Positions 46,748-49,172 of a stretch of 49,172 nucleotides of DNA are shown one piece after another; within the stretch, counting starts at the first letter, position 1; each line of letters begins with the position of its first letter. The notes under the pieces are model-generated. The model did no database searches. It was not told the origin of the DNA and saw nothing but the letters and a program-made list of their open reading frames with translations. The position numbers and the translations under genes were made by a program. Source of the DNA: an uncultured Planctomycetales bacterium (GTDB lineage Bacteria > Omnitrophota > Gorgyraeia > Zapsychrales > JANLHA01). The stretch spans positions 1-49,172 of the forward strand of contig CAYVEC010000013.1 of NCBI GenBank assembly GCA_964450385.1, written 5' to 3'.

Positions 46748-47770
46748 TCACGCACCGGCATACCGGAACATGGCCTCGATCGACCGCAGGGCCCGCTGGC
46801 GCAGACCCTCTTCGATGACCACGCGCTCGGTCTCCCGCGGCACGGTCATGACGCGATGGATATCCTCAAGGCTGTTCGACTTCATGAACTCACAGACGCG
46901 GCAGGCGCCGACCAGGTTCTTGTCCGGATATTCGACCTTGATCCGGTGCCCGAGCCCGCACTCGGTGAGGACCAGAAAGTCCTTCGCCGGTGAGGCCGCG
47001 ATAAACGACATCATCTGCGAGGTACTGCCGACAAAGTCCGCCTTTCGGCAAACCTCGGGCAGGCATTCGGGATGCGCGACAACCACGACACCCGGGACCT
47101 CGAGGCGGACCTGATCGATCTCCTCGGCCCGGATCTCCTGATGGACCGTGCAGTCGCCGGGAAAATATTTGATGTCCTTATGAATCCCCCGGCGGGCAAG
47201 GTCCTCGATGATATTCTGGGCCATCTGCTGGTCCGGCAAAAAATAAATCTTATCGGTGGGCAGGCGCTCAATGATCTTAACGACATTGCCCGAGGTCACG
47301 CAGACATCGCACTCGGCCTTGACCTCGACCGTGGTATTGATGTAGCAGACAAAGGTATAGTCGGGATATTCCTTCCGCAGACCGCGGACCTGCTCGGCCG
47401 TGATCGCGTCCGCCAGGGTACAGCCGGCATTGCGGGCCGGAACCAAGACCTCTTTATTCGGGTTAAGGATCTTGGCCGTCTCACCCATGAACCTCACCGC
47501 GACAAAGACGATCGTATCGGCTGATGTTTTTAACGCGTCGCGGCTCAACCCATAAGAATCCCCGACGAAATCCGCGACCCCATAAATGATCTCAGGCGTA
47601 ACATAAGTATGGGCGAGGATCACCGCGTTCTGTTCGGCCTTGAGCCGGTTGATCTCGGTGATAAGCGGCATGAATTCTTCGCACTTTTTTAGGGAATATT
47701 GGCAGCAGCTGGCGCCGAGCTTGATATTCTTAAGTTTTGCGTACAGTTCCTGCGCCGTGTGTATCGTCAT
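46748..47770 (-). CDS. nadA: Quinolinate synthase
   Basis: ILAHTY, DFVGDS, FMGETAKILNP, AGCTLAD, CYINT, GDCTVH, AHPEC, GSTSQM, CEFMK. Confidence 0.96.
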   Translation of the reverse strand: MTIHTAQELYAKLKNIKLGASCCQYSLKKCEEFMPLITEINRLKAEQNAVILAHTYVTPEIIYGVADFVGDSYGLSRDALKTSADTIVFVAVRFMGETAKILNPNKEVLVPARNAGCTLADAITAEQVRGLRKEYPDYTFVCYINTTVEVKAECDVCVTSGNVVKIIERLPTDKIYFLPDQQMAQNIIEDLARRGIHKDIKYFPGDCTVHQEIRAEEIDQVRLEVPGVVVVAHPECLPEVCRKADFVGSTSQMMSFIAASPAKDFLVLTECGLGHRIKVEYPDKNLVGACRVCEFMKSNSLEDIHRVMTVPRETERVVIEEGLRQRALRSIEAMFRYAGA

Positions 47771-47803
47771 GCCCTGCCCTTATCGTGGAAAATAATTGTG
47801 TAC

Positions 47804-47832
47804 ACTATACGGCAAAAACCGCAAGAAATCAA
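47804..47832 (-). promoter_or_regulatory. Sigma70-type promoter for nadA
   Basis: TTGATT(47832-47827)-N17-TATAGT(47809-47804); overlapped by the palindrome ATTGTGTACACTAT. Confidence 0.65.
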
Positions 47833-47847
47833 GCATTACGCCAGGCC

Positions 47848-49170
47848 TCAGCCCGCGGCCAGAACCCCTTTCAGGGCGTGCGGCGAGACATCCGTGATCA
47901 ACGCGGCGATTTCACTCCCAAGCCCGGGCCAGGGCGTCCCCGCGGTCGGCGGCTCAAGGATGACCCGCCGGTCCGTGATCGTCCGGCCTTCAAGCCGGCC
48001 GTCGGTATCGGCATCGATCATGACCGGAACGGTCTGACCAAGATACGGCCGGTTCCGTCGTAACGAATGCTCTTTTTGAAGATCGTTCAGGAGAACGATG
48101 CGCCGTGTCTTTTCTTCCTCGGGCACATCATCGGCATAATCGCGAGCGGCCTGGGTCCCCTCCCTCGGTGAATATTTAAAGATAAAGGCGGCATCGAACA
48201 TGACCTCCTCCATCACCGCGACCGTGTCCCGGAAATCCGCCTCGGTCTCACCGGGAAATCCCACAATGATGTCGGTCGTGACCGCGCCCCCGGGGACCCG
48301 CTCCCGGATCCGACGCGCGAGGTGGAGGTACTGCTCCCGCGTGTACGTCCGGTTCATCCGGGCCAGGACCGCGGAACTGCCGGCCTGAAGCGGCAGGTGC
48401 ACGTGCCGGCAGAGGCGCGGGTGGCGGGCGACGAGATCAATGAGCCGTTCATCCATGTCCTTCGGATGCGGGGAGGTGAACCACACGCGCCGCAGGCCGT
48501 CGACCGAGGCCACCTGTTCAAGGAGCGCCACAAAATCCGTGTCGCCATGACGATAGGAATTCACGTTCTGCCCGAGCAGGGTCACCTGGGCAAACCCGTC
48601 CCTGACAAGCCGGCGTGCCTCCTCAAGGATCCCCTCGGGCGAGCGGCTCCGCTCGCGGCCCCGCGTATAGGGGACGACACAATAACTGCAGAAATTATCA
48701 CACCCGCGCATAATCGCGATCCAGGCGTTCGCCGAGCGCTCGCGCGTCGGGCAGATCCCTTCATAGGTCTCTGTGGACGCCAGGTCCACGTCAAAGACCT
48801 TTCGGTCATGGGCCTGCTCAATGAGCGTCGGCAGCCGCTGATACGAATCCGGGCCCGCGACAAGATCAATATCGAGATTCCCGTCCGTGAGGAGTTCGGT
48901 CTTCAAATGCGCGGCGATGCAGCCAAGGATCCCGTAGACCGCGGGCCGGCCCGCCCGGCGGTAGCGAACCTCATGGACCATGCCCACAACCCGGCGCACC
49001 GCGTTGTCGCGCACCGAGCAGGTGTTGAACAGGATCACGTCTGCCGCCCCCTCCTCGTCGGTCAGGGCATACCCCGCCTGCACGAGGATGGACCGGATGA
49101 GCTCCGTGTCGTACTCGTTCATCTGACATCCGAAGGTGCGCAAAAGTATACGCTTTCCATGACCCGGCTT
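47848..49170 (-). CDS. miaB: tRNA-2-methylthio-N6-dimethylallyladenosine synthase; 5' end probably beyond the right edge
   Basis: RTFGCQMN, NTCSVR, GCDNFCSYC radical-SAM motif, TTDIIVGFPGET, FKYSPREGT. The frame stays open upstream of TTG 49143 as KPGHGKRILLRTFGC. Confidence 0.95.
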   Translation of the reverse strand, partial: KPGHGKRILLRTFGCQMNEYDTELIRSILVQAGYALTDEEGAADVILFNTCSVRDNAVRRVVGMVHEVRYRRAGRPAVYGILGCIAAHLKTELLTDGNLDIDLVAGPDSYQRLPTLIEQAHDRKVFDVDLASTETYEGICPTRERSANAWIAIMRGCDNFCSYCVVPYTRGRERSRSPEGILEEARRLVRDGFAQVTLLGQNVNSYRHGDTDFVALLEQVASVDGLRRVWFTSPHPKDMDERLIDLVARHPRLCRHVHLPLQAGSSAVLARMNRTYTREQYLHLARRIRERVPGGAVTTDIIVGFPGETEADFRDTVAVMEEVMFDAAFIFKYSPREGTQAARDYADDVPEEEKTRRIVLLNDLQKEHSLRRNRPYLGQTVPVMIDADTDGRLEGRTITDRRVILEPPTAGTPWPGLGSEIAALITDVSPHALKGVLAAG

Positions 49171-49172
49171 GC

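Noticed and set aside
46672-47847. SAM riboswitch before metX or NAD riboswitch before nadA
   Set aside because: Predicted leaders are only ~25-35 nt and contain no consensus elements.
410-48869. Many long antisense or alternative-frame ORFs (e.g. 6749-7069+, 11488-12258+, 12170-13087+, 32616-33428+, 35659-36273-, 37627-38349+, 40145-40903+)
   Set aside because: They lie within well-supported genes, have no recognisable motifs or RBS, and are expected shadows of GC-rich coding sequence. 6749-7069 is the Phe/Ala mirror of the Lys/Ala gene.
49141-49172. Possible frameshift at the miaB start (out-of-frame ATG GAA AGC GTA TAC before a T4 run)
   Set aside because: The coding frame is open to the edge and gives KRILLRTFGC, which aligns with the usual MiaB N-terminus. 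Truncation by the window is simpler, although a homopolymer error cannot be fully excluded.
1-49172. tRNA, rRNA, CRISPR array, IS element, integrase, prophage or defence genes
   Set aside because: I saw no cloverleaf or rRNA motifs, no regularly spaced repeats, no transposase or recombinase ORFs, and no compositional island beyond short AT-rich promoters.

Overview
A gene-dense core-genome window (GC roughly 55-60% by eye) from a bacterium, with almost all genes on the minus strand. Gene order and protein style suggest a PVC-related lineage such as Ca. Omnitrophota; this is inference only. Left to right: a 5' fragment of an unlisted membrane-anchored ORF, exbD, exbB and an 825-aa periplasmic TPR protein; uvrA; a 111-aa protein with a tandem-duplicated unknown domain and a histone-H1-like tail; a ~15 kb co-directional biosynthetic run (argC-J-B-D-F-G-H, lysA, dapF-A-B-L, folK, panC, nadX); rplM-rpsI, truA, asd, leuB, fabG-acpP-fabF; rlpA-like, fxsA, folE and hisK; ispG-hypothetical-cstA-XRE-like gene, divergent from ispH-murB; a SUF operon (nfu-rrf2-sufBCDSU-hypothetical); metX-metW-tautomerase-lhgO; nadA; and miaB, cut by the window edge. 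I found no rRNA, tRNA, CRISPR array, IS or integrase. The best leads are the Lys-rich double-domain protein (candidate new nucleoid protein), the TPR-ExbBD-anchor envelope motor, the SUF operon flanked by four Fe-S client genes, overlapping divergent ispG/ispH promoters, promoters built into terminators, and an apparent CGATCG (HIP1-like) excess. All counts are by hand and no database searches were run.
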